From the human T2T-CHM13v2.0 reference genome, Homo sapiens: a stretch of DNA of 64,000 nt. A model generated the notes under the pieces. That model searched no databases. It saw nothing but the letters and a program-made list of their open reading frames with translations, and had not been told where the DNA came from. Position numbers and translations under genes: made by a program. The stretch lies in NCBI RefSeq assembly GCF_009914755.1, contig NC_060941.1. One strand, 5' to 3'. Shown in pieces: positions 26,401 through 41,400 of this stretch (position 1 is the stretch's first letter; the number at the start of each line of letters is the position of its first letter).

Positions 26401-29400
26401 TTGCATTCAACTCACAGAGTTGAACCCTCCTATGGATAGAGCAGTGTTGAAACTCTCTTTTTGTGGAATCTGCAAGTGGATACGTGGACCTCTCCGAAGA
26501 TGTCTTTGGAAACGGGAATATCTTCACATAAAAACTAAACAGAAGCATTCTCAGAAACTTCTCTGTGATGTTTGTGTTCAACTCCCAGAGTTTCACATTG
26601 CTTTTCATAGAGTAGTTCTGAAACATGCTTTTCGTAGTGTCTACAAGTGGACATTTGGAGCGCTTTCAGGCCTGTGGTGGAAAACGAATTATGGTCACAT
26701 AAAAACTGGAGAGAAGCATTGTCAGAAACTTCTTTGTGATGATTGCATTCAACTCACAGAGTTGAAGGTTCCTTTTCAAAGAGCAGTTTCCAATCACTCT
26801 TTCTGTGGAATCTGCAAGTGGATATTTGGACCTATTTTGAAGATTTCGTTGGAAACGGGAGAATCTTCACAGGAAAGCTAAACAGAAGCATTCTCAGAAA
26901 CTTCTTTGTGATGCTTGCATTCAACTCACAGAGTTGAACTTTCCTTTCGAGAGAGAAGCTTTGAAACACTCTTTTTCCAGAATCTGCAAGTGGACATTTG
27001 GAGGGCTTTGAGGCCTGTGGTGGAAAAGGAATTATCTTCCCGTAAAAGCTAGATAGAAGCATTCTCAGAAACTACTTTGTGATGATTGCATTCAAGTCAC
27101 AGAGTTGAACATTCCCTTTGACAGAGCAGTTTGGAAACTCTCTTTGTGTAGAATCTGCAAGTGGAGATATGGACCGCTTTGAGGCCTATGGTAGTAAAGG
27201 AAATAGCTTCATATAAAAGCTAGACAGTAGCATTCACAGAAAACTCTTGGTGACGACTGAGTTTAACTCACAGAGCTGAACATTCCTTTGGATGGAGCAG
27301 TTTCGAAACACACTATTTGTAGAATGTGCAAGTGGATATTTAGGCCTCTCTGAGGATTTCGTTGGAAACGGGATAAACCGCACAGAACTAAACAGAAGCA
27401 TTCTCAGAACCTTCTTCGTGATGTTTGCATTCAACTCACAGTGTTGAACCTTTCTTTGATAGTTCAGGTTTGAAACGGTCTTTCTGTAGAAACTGCAAGT
27501 AGATATTTGGACCTCTCTGAGGATTTCGTTGGAAACGGGATAACCCGCACAGAACTAAAACAGAAGCATTCTCAGAACCCTCTTCGTGATGTTTGCATTC
27601 AACTCACAGTGCTGAACCTTTCTTTGATAGTTCAGCTTTGAAACACTCTTTTTGTAGAAACTGCAAGTGGATATTTGGTCCTCTCTGAGCATTTCGTTGG
27701 AAACGGGATAAACTGCACAGAACTAAACAGAAGCATTCTCAGAACCTTCTTCGTGATGTCTGCATTCAACTCACAGTGTGGAACCTTTCTTTGATAGTTC
27801 AGGTTTGAAACACTCTTTTTGTAGAAACTGCAAGGGGATAATTGCACTCTTTGAGGAGTACCGTAGTAAAGGAAATAACTTCCTATAAAAAGAAGACAGA
27901 AGCTTTCTCAGAAAATTCTTTGGGATGATTGAGTTGAACTCACAGAGCTGAGCATTCCTTGCGATGTAGCAGTTTAGAAACACACTTTCTGCAGAATCTG
28001 CAAGTGCATATTTGGACCTCTGTGAGGAATTCGTTGGAAACGGGATAATTTCAGCTGACTAAACAGAAGCAGTCTCAGAATCTTCTTTGTGATGTTTGCA
28101 TTCAAATCCCCGAGTTGAACTTTCCTTTCAAAGTTCACGTTTGAAACACTCTTTTTGCAGGATCTACAAGTGGATATTTGGACCACTCTGTGTCCTTCGA
28201 TCGAAACGGGTATATCTTCACATGACATCTAGACAGAAGCATCCTCAGAAGCTTCTCTGTGATGACTGCATTCAACTCACGGAGTTGAACACTCCTTTTG
28301 AGAGCGCAGTTTTGAAACTCTCTTTCTGTGGCATCTGCAAGGGGACATGTAGACCTCTTTGAAGATTTCGTTGGAAACGGAATCATCTTCACATAAAAAC
28401 TACACAGATGCATTCTCAGGAACTTTTTGGTGATGTTTGTATTCAACTCCCAGAGTTGAACTTTCCTTTGGAAAGAGCAGCTATGAAACACTGTTTTTCT
28501 AGAATCTGCAAGTGGACGTTTGGAGGGCTTTGTGGTTTGTGGTGGAAAAGGAAATATCTTCACCTAAATACTAGATAGAAGCATTCTCAGAAACTGCTTT
28601 GTGATGATTGCATTCACCTCACAGAGTTGAACATTCCTATTGATAGAGCAGTTTGGAAACACTCTTGTTGTGGAATGTGCAAGTGGAGATTTGGAGCGCT
28701 TTGAGGCCTATGGTAGTAAAGGGAATAGCTTCATAGAAAAACTAGACAGAAGCATTCTCAGAAAATACTTTGTGATGATTGAGTTTAACTCACAGAGCTG
28801 AACATTCCTTTGGATGGAGCAGGTTTGAGACACACTTTTTGTAGAATCTACAAGTGGATATTTGGACCTCTCTGAGGATTTCGTTGGAAACGGGATAACT
28901 GCACCTAACTAAACGGAAGCATTCTCAGAAACTTCTTGGTGATGTTTGCATTCAAATCCCAGAGTTGAACCTTCCTTTGATAGTTCAGGTTTGAAACACT
29001 CTTTTTGTAGGATCTGCAAGTGGATATTTGGACCACTCTGTGGCCTTCGTTCGAAACGGGTATATCTTCGCATAAAATCTAGACAGAAGCCTTCTCAGAA
29101 ACTTCTCTGTGATGATTGCATTCAACTCACAGAGTTGAACCCTCCTATGGATAGAGCAGTGTTGAAACTCTCTTTTTGTGGAATCTGCAAGTGGATACGT
29201 GGACCTCTCCGAAGATGTCTTTGGAAACGGGAATATCTTCACATAAAAACTAAACAGAAGCATTCTCAGAAACTTCTCTGTGATGTTTGTGTTCAACTCC
29301 CAGAGTTTCACATTGCTTTTCATAGAGTAGTTCTGAAACATGCTTTTCGTAGTGTCTACAAGTGGACATTTGGAGCGCTTTCAGGCCTGTGGTGGAAAAC

Positions 29401-32400
29401 GAATTATGGTCACATAAAAACTGGAGAGAAGCATTGTCAGAAACTTCTTTGTGATGATTGCATTCAACTCACAGAGTTGAAGGTTCCTTTTCAAAGAGCA
29501 GTTTCCAATCACTCTTTCTGTGGAATCTGCAAGTGGATATTTGGACCTATTTTGAAGATTTCGTTGGAAACGGGAGAATCTTCACAGGAAAGCTAAACAG
29601 AAGCATTCTCAGAAACTTCTTTGTGATGCTTGCATTCAACTCACAGAGTTGAACTTTCCTTTCGAGAGAGAAGCTTTGAAACACTCTTTTTCCAGAATCT
29701 GCAAGTGGACATTTGGAGGGCTTTGAGGCCTGTGGTGGAAAAGGAATTATCTTCCCGTAAAAGCTAGATAGAAGCATTCTCAGAAACTACTTTGTGATGA
29801 TTGCATTCAAGTCACAGAGTTGAACATTCCCTTTGACAGAGCAGTTTGGAAACTCTCTTTGTGTAGAATCTGCAAGTGGAGATATGGACCGCTTTGAGGC
29901 CTATGGTAGTAAAGGAAATAGCTTCATATAAAAGCTAGACAGTAGCATTCACAGAAAACTCTTGGTGACGACTGAGTTTAACTCACAGAGCTGAACATTC
30001 CTTTGGATGGAGCAGTTTCGAAACACACTATTTGTAGAATGTGCAAGTGGATATTTAGGCCTCTCTGAGGATTTCGTTGGAAACGGGATAAACCGCACAG
30101 AACTAAACAGAAGCATTCTCAGAACCTTCTTCGTGATGTTTGCATTCAACTCACAGTGTTGAACCTTTCTTTGATAGTTCAGGTTTGAAACGGTCTTTCT
30201 GCAGAAACTGCAAGTAGATATTTGGACCGCTCTGAGGATTTCGTTGGAAACGGGATAACCCGCACAGAACTAAAACAGAAGCATTCTCAGAACCCTCTTC
30301 GTGATGTTTGCATTCAACTCACAGTGCTGAACCTTTCTTTGATAGTTCAGCTTTGAAACACTCTTTTTGTAGAAACTGCAAGTGGATATTTGGTCCTCTC
30401 TGAGGAATTCGTTGGAAACGGGATAAACTGCACAGAACTAAACAGAAGCATTCTCAGAACCTTCTTCGTGATGTCTGCATTCAACTCACAGTGTGGAACC
30501 TTTCTTTGATAGTTCAGGTTTGAAACACTCTTTTTGTAGAAACTGCAAGGGGATAATTGCACTCTTTGAGGAGTACCGTAGTAAAGGAAATAACTTCCTA
30601 TAAAAAGAAGACAGAAGCTTTCTCAGAAAATTCTTTGGGATGATTGAGTTGAACTCACAGAGCTGAGCATTCCTTGCGATGTAGCAGTTTAGAAACACAC
30701 TTTCTGCAGAATCTGCAAGTGCATATTTGGACCTCTGTGAGGAATTCGTTGGAAACGGGATAATTTCAGCTGACTAAACAGAAGCAGTCTCAGAATCTTC
30801 TTTGTGATGTTTGCATTCAAATCCCCGAGTTGAACTTTCCTTTCAAAGTTCACGTTTGAAACACTCTTTTTGCAGGATCTACAAGTGGATATTTGGACCA
30901 CTCTGTGTCCTTCGATCGAAACGGGTATATCTTCACATGACATCCAGACAGAAGCATCCTCAGAAGCTTCTCTGTGATGACTGCATTCAACTCACGGAGT
31001 TGAACACTCCTTTTGAGAGCGCAGTTTTGAAACTCTCTTTCTGTGGCATCTGCAAGGGGACATGTAGACCTCTTTGAAGATTTCGTTGGAAACGGAATCA
31101 TCTTCACATAAAAACTACACAGATGCATTCTCAGGAACTTTTTGGTGATGTTTGTATTCAACTCCCAGAGTTGAACTTTCCTTTGGAAAGAGCAGCTATG
31201 AAACACTGTTTTTCTAGAATCTGCAAGTGGACGTTTGGAGGGCTTTGTGGTTTGTGGTGGAAAAGGAAATATCTTCACCTAAATACTAGATAGAAGCATT
31301 CTCAGAAACTGCTTTGTGATGATTGCATTCACCTCACAGAGTTGAACATTCCTATTGATAGAGCAGTTTGGAAACACTCTTGTTGTGGAATGTGCAAGTG
31401 GAGATTTGGAGCGCTTTGAGGCCTATGGTAGTAAAGGGAATAGCTTCATAGAAAAACTAGACAGAAGCATTCTCAGAAAATACTTTGTGATGATTGAGTT
31501 TAACTCACAGAGCTGAACATTCCTTTGGATGGAGCAGGTTTGAGACACACTTTTTGTAGAATCTACAAGTGGATATTTGGACCTCTCTGAGGATTTCGTT
31601 GGAAACGGGATAACTGCACCTAACTAAACGGAAGCATTCTCAGAAACTTCTTGGTGATGTTTGCATTCAAATCCCAGAGTTGAACCTTCCTTTGATAGTT
31701 CAGGTTTGAAACACTCTTTTTGTAGGATCTGCAAGTGGATATTTGGACCACTCTGTGGCCTTCGTTCGAAACGGGTATATCTTCGCATAAAATCTAGACA
31801 GAAGCCTTCTCAGAAACTTCTCTGTGATGATTGCATTCAACTCACAGAGTTGAACCCTCCTATGGATAGAGCAGTGTTGAAACTCTCTTTTTGTGGAATC
31901 TGCAAGTGGATACGTGGACCTCTCCGAAGATGTCTTTGGAAACGGGAATATCTTCACATAAAAACTAAACAGAAGCATTCTCAGAAACTTCTCTGTGATG
32001 TTTGTGTTCAACTCCCAGAGTTTCACATTGCTTTTCATAGAGTAGTTCTGAAACATGCTTTTCGTAGTGTCTACAAGTGGACATTTGGAGCGCTTTCAGG
32101 CCTGTGGTGGAAAACGAATTATGGTCACATAAAAACTGGAGAGAAGCATTGTCAGAAACTTCTTTGTGATGATTGCATTCAACTCACAGAGTTGAAGGTT
32201 CCTTTTCAAAGAGCAGTTTCCAATCACTCTTTCTGTGGAATCTGCAAGTGGATATTTGGACCTATTTTGAAGATTTCGTTGGAAACGGGAGAATCTTCAC
32301 AGGAAAGCTAAACAGAAGCATTCTCAGAAACTTCTTTGTGATGCTTGCATTCAACTCACAGAGTTGAACTTTCCTTTCGAGAGAGAAGCTTTGAAACACT

Positions 32401-35400
32401 CTTTTTCCAGAATCTGCAAGTGGACATTTGGAGGGCTTTGAGGCCTGTGGTGGAAAAGGAATTATCTTCCCGTAAAAGCTAGATAGAAGCATTCTCAGAA
32501 ACTACTTTGTGATGATTGCATTCAAGTCACAGAGTTGAACATTCCCTTTGACAGAGCAGTTTGGAAACTCTCTTTGTGTAGAATCTGCAAGTGGAGATAT
32601 GGACCGCTTTGAGGCCTATGGTAGTAAAGGAAATAGCTTCATATAAAAGCTAGACAGTAGCATTCACAGAAAACTCTTGGTGACGACTGAGTTTAACTCA
32701 CAGAGCTGAACATTCCTTTGGATGGAGCAGTTTCGAAACACACTATTTGTAGAATGTGCAAGTGGATATTTAGGCCTCTCTGAGGATTTCGTTGGAAACG
32801 GGATAAACCGCACAGAACTAAACAGAAGCATTCTCAGAACCTTCTTCGTGATGTTTGCATTCAACTCACAGTGTTGAACCTTTCTTTGATAGTTCAGGTT
32901 TGAAACGGTCTTTCTGTAGAAACTGCAAGTAGATATTTGGACCTCTCTGAGGATTTCGTTGGAAACGGGATAACCCGCACAGAACTAAAACAGAAGCATT
33001 CTCAGAACCCTCTTCGTGATGTTTGCATTCAACTCACAGTGCTGAACCTTTCTTTGATAGTTCAGCTTTGAAACACTCTTTTTGTAGAAACTGCAAGTGG
33101 ATATTTGGTCCTCTCTGAGCATTTCGTTGGAAACGGGATAAACTGCACAGAACTAAACAGAAGCATTCTCAGAACCTTCTTCGTGATGTCTGCATTCAAC
33201 TCACAGTGTGGAACCTTTCTTTGATAGTTCAGGTTTGAAACACTCTTTTTGTAGAAACTGCAAGGGGATAATTGCACTCTTTGAGGAGTACCGTAGTAAA
33301 GGAAATAACTTCCTATAAAAAGAAGACAGAAGCTTTCTCAGAAAATTCTTTGGGATGATTGAGTTGAACTCACAGAGCTGAGCATTCCTTGCGATGTAGC
33401 AGTTTAGAAACACACTTTCTGCAGAATCTGCAAGTGCATATTTGGACCTCTGTGAGGAATTCGTTGGAAACGGGATAATTTCAGCTGACTAAACAGAAGC
33501 AGTCTCAGAATCTTCTTTGTGATGTTTGCATTCAAATCCCCGAGTTGAACTTTCCTTTCAAAGTTCACGTTTGAAACACTCTTTTTGCAGGATCTACAAG
33601 TGGATATTTGGACCACTCTGTGTCCTTCGATCGAAACGGGTATATCTTCACATGACATCCAGACAGAAGCATCCTCAGAAGCTTCTCTGTGATGACTGCA
33701 TTCAACTCACGGAGTTGAACACTCCTTTTGAGAGCGCAGTTTTGAAACTCTCTTTCTGTGGCATCTGCAAGGGGACATGTAGACCTCTTTGAAGATTTCG
33801 TTGGAAACGGAATCATCTTCACATAAAAACTACACAGATGCATTCTCAGGAACTTTTTGGTGATGTTTGTATTCAACTCCCAGAGTTGAACTTTCCTTTG
33901 GAAAGAGCAGCTATGAAACACTGTTTTTCTAGAATCTGCAAGTGGACGTTTGGAGGGCTTTGTGGTTTGTGGTGGAAAAGGAAATATCTTCACCTAAATA
34001 CTAGATAGAAGCATTCTCAGAAACTGCTTTGTGATGATTGCATTCACCTCACAGAGTTGAACATTCCTATTGATAGAGCAGTTTGGAAACACTCTTGTTG
34101 TGGAATGTGCAAGTGGAGATTTGGAGCGCTTTGAGGCCTATGGTAGTAAAGGGAATAGCTTCATAGAAAAACTAGACAGAAGCATTCTCAGAAAATACTT
34201 TGTGATGATTGAGTTTAACTCACAGAGCTGAACATTCCTTTGGATGGAGCAGGTTTGAGACACACTTTTTGTAGAATCTACAAGTGGATATTTGGACCTC
34301 TCTGAGGATTTCGTTGGAAACGGGATAACTGCACCTAACTAAACGGAAGCATTCTCAGAAACTTCTTGGTGATGTTTGCATTCAAATCCCAGAGTTGAAC
34401 CTTCCTTTGATAGTTCAGGTTTGAAACACTCTTTTTGTAGGATCTGCAAGTGGATATTTGGACCACTCTGTGGCCTTCGTTCGAAACGGGTATATCTTCG
34501 CATAAAATCTAGACAGAAGCCTTCTCAGAAACTTCTCTGTGATGATTGCATTCAACTCACAGAGTTGAACCCTCCTATGGATAGAGCAGTGTTGAAACTC
34601 TCTTTTTGTGGAATCTGCAAGTGGATACGTGGACCTCTCCGAAGATGTCTTTGGAAACGGGAATATCTTCACATAAAAACTAAACAGAAGCATTCTCAGA
34701 AACTTCTCTGTGATGTTTGTGTTCAACTCCCAGAGTTTCACATTGCTTTTCATAGAGTAGTTCTGAAACATGCTTTTCGTAGTGTCTACAAGTGGACATT
34801 TGGAGCGCTTTCAGGCCTGTGGTGGAAAACGAATTATGGTCACATAAAAACTGGAGAGAAGCATTGTCAGAAACTTCTTTGTGATGATTGCATTCAACTC
34901 ACAGAGTTGAAGGTTCCTTTTCAAAGAGCAGTTTCCAATCACTCTTTCTGTGGAATCTGCAAGTGGATATTTGGACCTATTTTGAAGATTTCGTTGGAAA
35001 CGGGAGAATCTTCACAGGAAAGCTAAACAGAAGCATTCTCAGAAACTTCTTTGTGATGCTTGCATTCAACTCACAGAGTTGAACTTTCCTTTCGAGAGAG
35101 AAGCTTTGAAACACTCTTTTTCCAGAATCTGCAAGTGGACATTTGGAGGGCTTTGAGGCCTGTGGTGGAAAAGGAATTATCTTCCCGTAAAAGCTAGATA
35201 GAAGCATTCTCAGAAACTACTTTGTGATGATTGCATTCAAGTCACAGAGTTGAACATTCCCTTTGACAGAGCAGTTTGGAAACTCTCTTTGTGTAGAATC
35301 TGCAAGTGGAGATATGGACCGCTTTGAGGCCTATGGTAGTAAAGGAAATAGCTTCATATAAAAGCTAGACAGTAGCATTCACAGAAAACTCTTGGTGACG

Positions 35401-38400
35401 ACTGAGTTTAACTCACAGAGCTGAACATTCCTTTGGATGGAGCAGTTTCGAAACACACTATTTGTAGAATGTGCAAGTGGATATTTAGGCCTCTCTGAGG
35501 ATTTCGTTGGAAACGGGATAAACCGCACAGAACTAAACAGAAGCATTCTCAGAACCTTCTTCGTGATGTTTGCATTCAACTCACAGTGTTGAACCTTTCT
35601 TTGATAGTTCAGGTTTGAAACGGTCTTTCTGCAGAAACTGCAAGTAGATATTTGGACCGCTCTGAGGATTTCGTTGGAAACGGGATAACCCGCACAGAAC
35701 TAAAACAGAAGCATTCTCAGAACCCTCTTCGTGATGTTTGCATTCAACTCACAGTGCTGAACCTTTCTTTGATAGTTCAGCTTTGAAACACTCTTTTTGT
35801 AGAAACTGCAAGTGGATATTTGGTCCTCTCTGAGGAATTCGTTGGAAACGGGATAAACTGCACAGAACTAAACAGAAGCATTCTCAGAACCTTCTTCGTG
35901 ATGTCTGCATTCAACTCACAGTGTGGAACCTTTCTTTGATAGTTCAGGTTTGAAACACTCTTTTTGTAGAAACTGCAAGGGGATAATTGCACTCTTTGAG
36001 GAGTACCGTAGTAAAGGAAATAACTTCCTATAAAAAGAAGACAGAAGCTTTCTCAGAAAATTCTTTGGGATGATTGAGTTGAACTCACAGAGCTGAGCAT
36101 TCCTTGCGATGTAGCAGTTTAGAAACACACTTTCTGCAGAATCTGCAAGTGCATATTTGGACCTCTGTGAGGAATTCGTTGGAAACGGGATAATTTCAGC
36201 TGACTAAACAGAAGCAGTCTCAGAATCTTCTTTGTGATGTTTGCATTCAAATCCCCGAGTTGAACTTTCCTTTCAAAGTTCACGTTTGAAACACTCTTTT
36301 TGCAGGATCTACAAGTGGATATTTGGACCACTCTGTGTCCTTCGATCGAAACGGGTATATCTTCACATGACATCCAGACAGAAGCATCCTCAGAAGCTTC
36401 TCTGTGATGACTGCATTCAACTCACGGAGTTGAACACTCCTTTTGAGAGCGCAGTTTTGAAACTCTCTTTCTGTGGCATCTGCAAGGGGACATGTAGACC
36501 TCTTTGAAGATTTCGTTGGAAACGGAATCATCTTCACATAAAAACTACACAGATGCATTCTCAGGAACTTTTTGGTGATGTTTGTATTCAACTCCCAGAG
36601 TTGAACTTTCCTTTGGAAAGAGCAGCTATGAAACACTGTTTTTCTAGAATCTGCAAGTGGACGTTTGGAGGGCTTTGTGGTTTGTGGTGGAAAAGGAAAT
36701 ATCTTCACCTAAATACTAGATAGAAGCATTCTCAGAAACTGCTTTGTGATGATTGCATTCACCTCACAGAGTTGAACATTCCTATTGATAGAGCAGTTTG
36801 GAAACACTCTTGTTGTGGAATGTGCAAGTGGAGATTTGGAGCGCTTTGAGGCCTATGGTAGTAAAGGGAATAGCTTCATAGAAAAACTAGACAGAAGCAT
36901 TCTCAGAAAATACTTTGTGATGATTGAGTTTAACTCACAGAGCTGAACATTCCTTTGGATGGAGCAGGTTTGAGACACACTTTTTGTAGAATCTACAAGT
37001 GGATATTTGGACCTCTCTGAGGATTTCGTTGGAAACGGGATAACTGCACCTAACTAAACGGAAGCATTCTCAGAAACTTCTTGGTGATGTTTGCATTCAA
37101 ATCCCAGAGTTGAACCTTCCTTTGATAGTTCAGGTTTGAAACACTCTTTTTGTAGGATCTGCAAGTGGATATTTGGACCACTCTGTGGCCTTCGTTCGAA
37201 ACGGGTATATCTTCGCATAAAATCTAGACAGAAGCCTTCTCAGAAACTTCTCTGTGATGATTGCATTCAACTCACAGAGTTGAACCCTCCTATGGATAGA
37301 GCAGTGTTGAAACTCTCTTTTTGTGGAATCTGCAAGTGGATACGTGGACCTCTCCGAAGATGTCTTTGGAAACGGGAATATCTTCACATAAAAACTAAAC
37401 AGAAGCATTCTCAGAAACTTCTCTGTGATGTTTGTGTTCAACTCCCAGAGTTTCACATTGCTTTTCATAGAGTAGTTCTGAAACATGCTTTTCGTAGTGT
37501 CTACAAGTGGACATTTGGAGCGCTTTCAGGCCTGTGGTGGAAAACGAATTATGGTCACATAAAAACTGGAGAGAAGCATTGTCAGAAACTTCTTTGTGAT
37601 GATTGCATTCAACTCACAGAGTTGAAGGTTCCTTTTCAAAGAGCAGTTTCCAATCACTCTTTCTGTGGAATCTGCAAGTGGATATTTGGACCTATTTTGA
37701 AGATTTCGTTGGAAACGGGAGAATCTTCACAGGAAAGCTAAACAGAAGCATTCTCAGAAACTTCTTTGTGATGCTTGCATTCAACTCACAGAGTTGAACT
37801 TTCCTTTCGAGAGAGAAGCTTTGAAACACTCTTTTTCCAGAATCTGCAAGTGGACATTTGGAGGGCTTTGAGGCCTGTGGTGGAAAAGGAATTATCTTCC
37901 CGTAAAAGCTAGATAGAAGCATTCTCAGAAACTACTTTGTGATGATTGCATTCAAGTCACAGAGTTGAACATTCCCTTTGACAGAGCAGTTTGGAAACTC
38001 TCTTTGTGTAGAATCTGCAAGTGGAGATATGGACCGCTTTGAGGCCTATGGTAGTAAAGGAAATAGCTTCATATAAAAGCTAGACAGTAGCATTCACAGA
38101 AAACTCTTGGTGACGACTGAGTTTAACTCACAGAGCTGAACATTCCTTTGGATGGAGCAGTTTCGAAACACACTATTTGTAGAATGTGCAAGTGGATATT
38201 TAGGCCTCTCTGAGGATTTCGTTGGAAACGGGATAAACCGCACAGAACTAAACAGAAGCATTCTCAGAACCTTCTTCGTGATGTTTGCATTCAACTCACA
38301 GTGTTGAACCTTTCTTTGATAGTTCAGGTTTGAAACGGTCTTTCTGCAGAAACTGCAAGTAGATATTTGGACCTCTCTGAGGATTTCGTTGGAAACGGGA

Positions 38401-41400
38401 TAACCCGCACAGAACTAAAACAGAAGCATTCTCAGAACCCTCTTCGTGATGTTTGCATTCAACTCACAGTGCTGAACCTTTCTTTGATAGTTCAGCTTTG
38501 AAACACTCTTTTTGTAGAAACTGCAAGTGGATATTTGGTCCTCTCTGAGCATTTCGTTGGAAACGGGATAAACTGCACAGAACTAAACAGAAGCATTCTC
38601 AGAACCTTCTTCGTGATGTCTGCATTCAACTCACAGTGTGGAACCTTTCTTTGATAGTTCAGGTTTGAAACACTCTTTTTGTAGAAACTGCAAGGGGATA
38701 ATTGCACTCTTTGAGGAGTACCGTAGTAAAGGAAATAACTTCCTATAAAAAGAAGACAGAAGCTTTCTCAGAAAATTCTTTGGGATGATTGAGTTGAACT
38801 CAGAGAGCTGAGCATTCCTTGCGATGTAGCAGTTTAGAAACACACTTTCTGCAGAATCTGCAAGTGCATATTTGGACCTCTGTGAGGAATTCGTTGGAAA
38901 CGGGATAATTTCAGCTGACTAAACAGAAGCAGTCTCAGAATCTTCTTTGTGATGTTTGCATTCAAATCCCCGAGTTGAACTTTCCTTTCAAAGTTCACGT
39001 TTGAAACACTCTTTTTGCAGGATCTACAAGTGGATATTTGGACCACTCTGTGTCCTTCGATCGAAACGGGTATATCTTCACATGACATCCAGACAGAAGC
39101 ATCCTCAGAAGCTTCTCTGTGATGACTGCATTCAACTCACGGAGTTGAACACTCCTTTTGAGAGCGCAGTTTTGAAACTCTCTTTCTGTGGCATCTGCAA
39201 GGGGACATGTAGACCTCTTTGAAGATTTCGTTGGAAACGGAATCATCTTCACATAAAAACTACACAGATGCATTCTCAGGAACTTTTTGGTGATGTTTGT
39301 ATTCAACTCCCAGAGTTGAACTTTCCTTTGGAAAGAGCAGCTATGAAACACTGTTTTTCTAGAATCTGCAAGTGGACGTTTGGAGGGCTTTGTGGTTTGT
39401 GGTGGAAAAGGAAATATCTTCACCTAAATACTAGATAGAAGCATTCTCAGAAACTGCTTTGTGATGATTGCATTCACCTCACAGAGTTGAACATTCCTAT
39501 TGATAGAGCAGTTTGGAAACACTCTTGTTGTGGAATGTGCAAGTGGAGATTTGGAGCGCTTTGAGGCCTATGGTAGTAAAGGGAATAGCTTCATAGAAAA
39601 ACTAGACAGAAGCATTCTCAGAAAATACTTTGTGATGATTGAGTTTAACTCACAGAGCTGAACATTCCTTTGGATGGAGCAGGTTTGAGACACACTTTTT
39701 GTAGAATCTACAAGTGGATATTTGGACCTCTCTGAGGATTTCGTTGGAAACGGGATAACTGCACCTAACTAAACGGAAGCATTCTCAGAAACTTCTTGGT
39801 GATGTTTGCATTCAAATCCCAGAGTTGAACCTTCCTTTGATAGTTCAGGTTTGAAACACTCTTTTTGTAGGATCTGCAAGTGGATATTTGGACCACTCTG
39901 TGGCCTTCGTTCGAAACGGGTATATCTTCGCATAAAATCTAGACAGAAGCCTTCTCAGAAACTTCTCTGTGATGATTGCATTCAACTCACAGAGTTGAAC
40001 CCTCCTATGGATAGAGCAGTGTTGAAACTCTCTTTTTGTGGAATCTGCAAGTGGATACGTGGACCTCTCCGAAGATGTCTTTGGAAACGGGAATATCTTC
40101 ACATAAAAACTAAACAGAAGCATTCTCAGAAACTTCTCTGTGATGTTTGTGTTCAACTCCCAGAGTTTCACATTGCTTTTCATAGAGTAGTTCTGAAACA
40201 TGCTTTTCGTAGTGTCTACAAGTGGACATTTGGAGCGCTTTCAGGCCTGTGGTGGAAAACGAATTATGGTCACATAAAAACTGGAGAGAAGCATTGTCAG
40301 AAACTTCTTTGTGATGATTGCATTCAACTCACAGAGTTGAAGGTTCCTTTTCAAAGAGCAGTTTCCAATCACTCTTTCTGCGGAATCTGCAAGTGGATAT
40401 TTGGACCTATTTTGAAGATTTCGTTGGAAACGGGAGAATCTTCACAGGAAAGCTAAACAGAAGCATTCTCAGAAACTTCTTTGTGATGCTTGCATTCAAC
40501 TCACAGAGTTGAACTTTCCTTTCGAGAGAGAAGCTTTGAAACACTCTTTTTCCAGAATCTGCAAGTGGACATTTGGAGGGCTTTGAGGCCTGTGGTGGAA
40601 AAGGAATTATCTTCCCGTAAAAGCTAGATAGAAGCATTCTCAGAAACTACTTTGTGATGATTGCATTCAAGTCACAGAGTTGAACATTCCCTTTGACAGA
40701 GCAGTTTGGAAACTCTCTTTGTGTAGAATCTGCAAGTGGAGATATGGACCGCTTTGAGGCCTATGGTAGTAAAGGAAATAGCTTCATATAAAAGCTAGAC
40801 AGTAGCATTCACAGAAAACTCTTGGTGACGACTGAGTTTAACTCACAGAGCTGAACATTCCTTTGGATGGAGCAGTTTCGAAACACACTATTTGTAGAAT
40901 GTGCAAGTGGATATTTAGGCCTCTCTGAGGATTTCGTTGGAAACGGGATAAACCGCACAGAACTAAACAGAAGCATTCTCAGAACCTTCTTCGTGATGTT
41001 TGCATTCAACTCACAGTGTTGAACCTTTCTTTGATAGTTCAGGTTTGAAAAGGTCTTTCTGCAGAAACTGCAAGTAGATATTTGGACCTCTCTGAGGATT
41101 TCGTTGGAAACGGGATAACCCGCACAGAACTAAAACAGAAGCATTCTCAGAACCCTCTTCGTGATGTTTGCATTCAACTCACAGTGCTGAACCTTTCTTT
41201 GATAGTTCAGCTTTGAAACACTCTTTTTGTAGAAACTGCAAGTGGATATTTGGTCCTCTCTGAGGAATTCGTTGGAAACGGGATAAACTGCACAGAACTA
41301 AACAGAAGCATTCTCAGAACCTTCTTCGTGATGTCTGCATTCAACTCACAGTGTGGAACCTTTCTTTGATAGTTCAGGTTTGAAACACTCTTTTTGTAGA

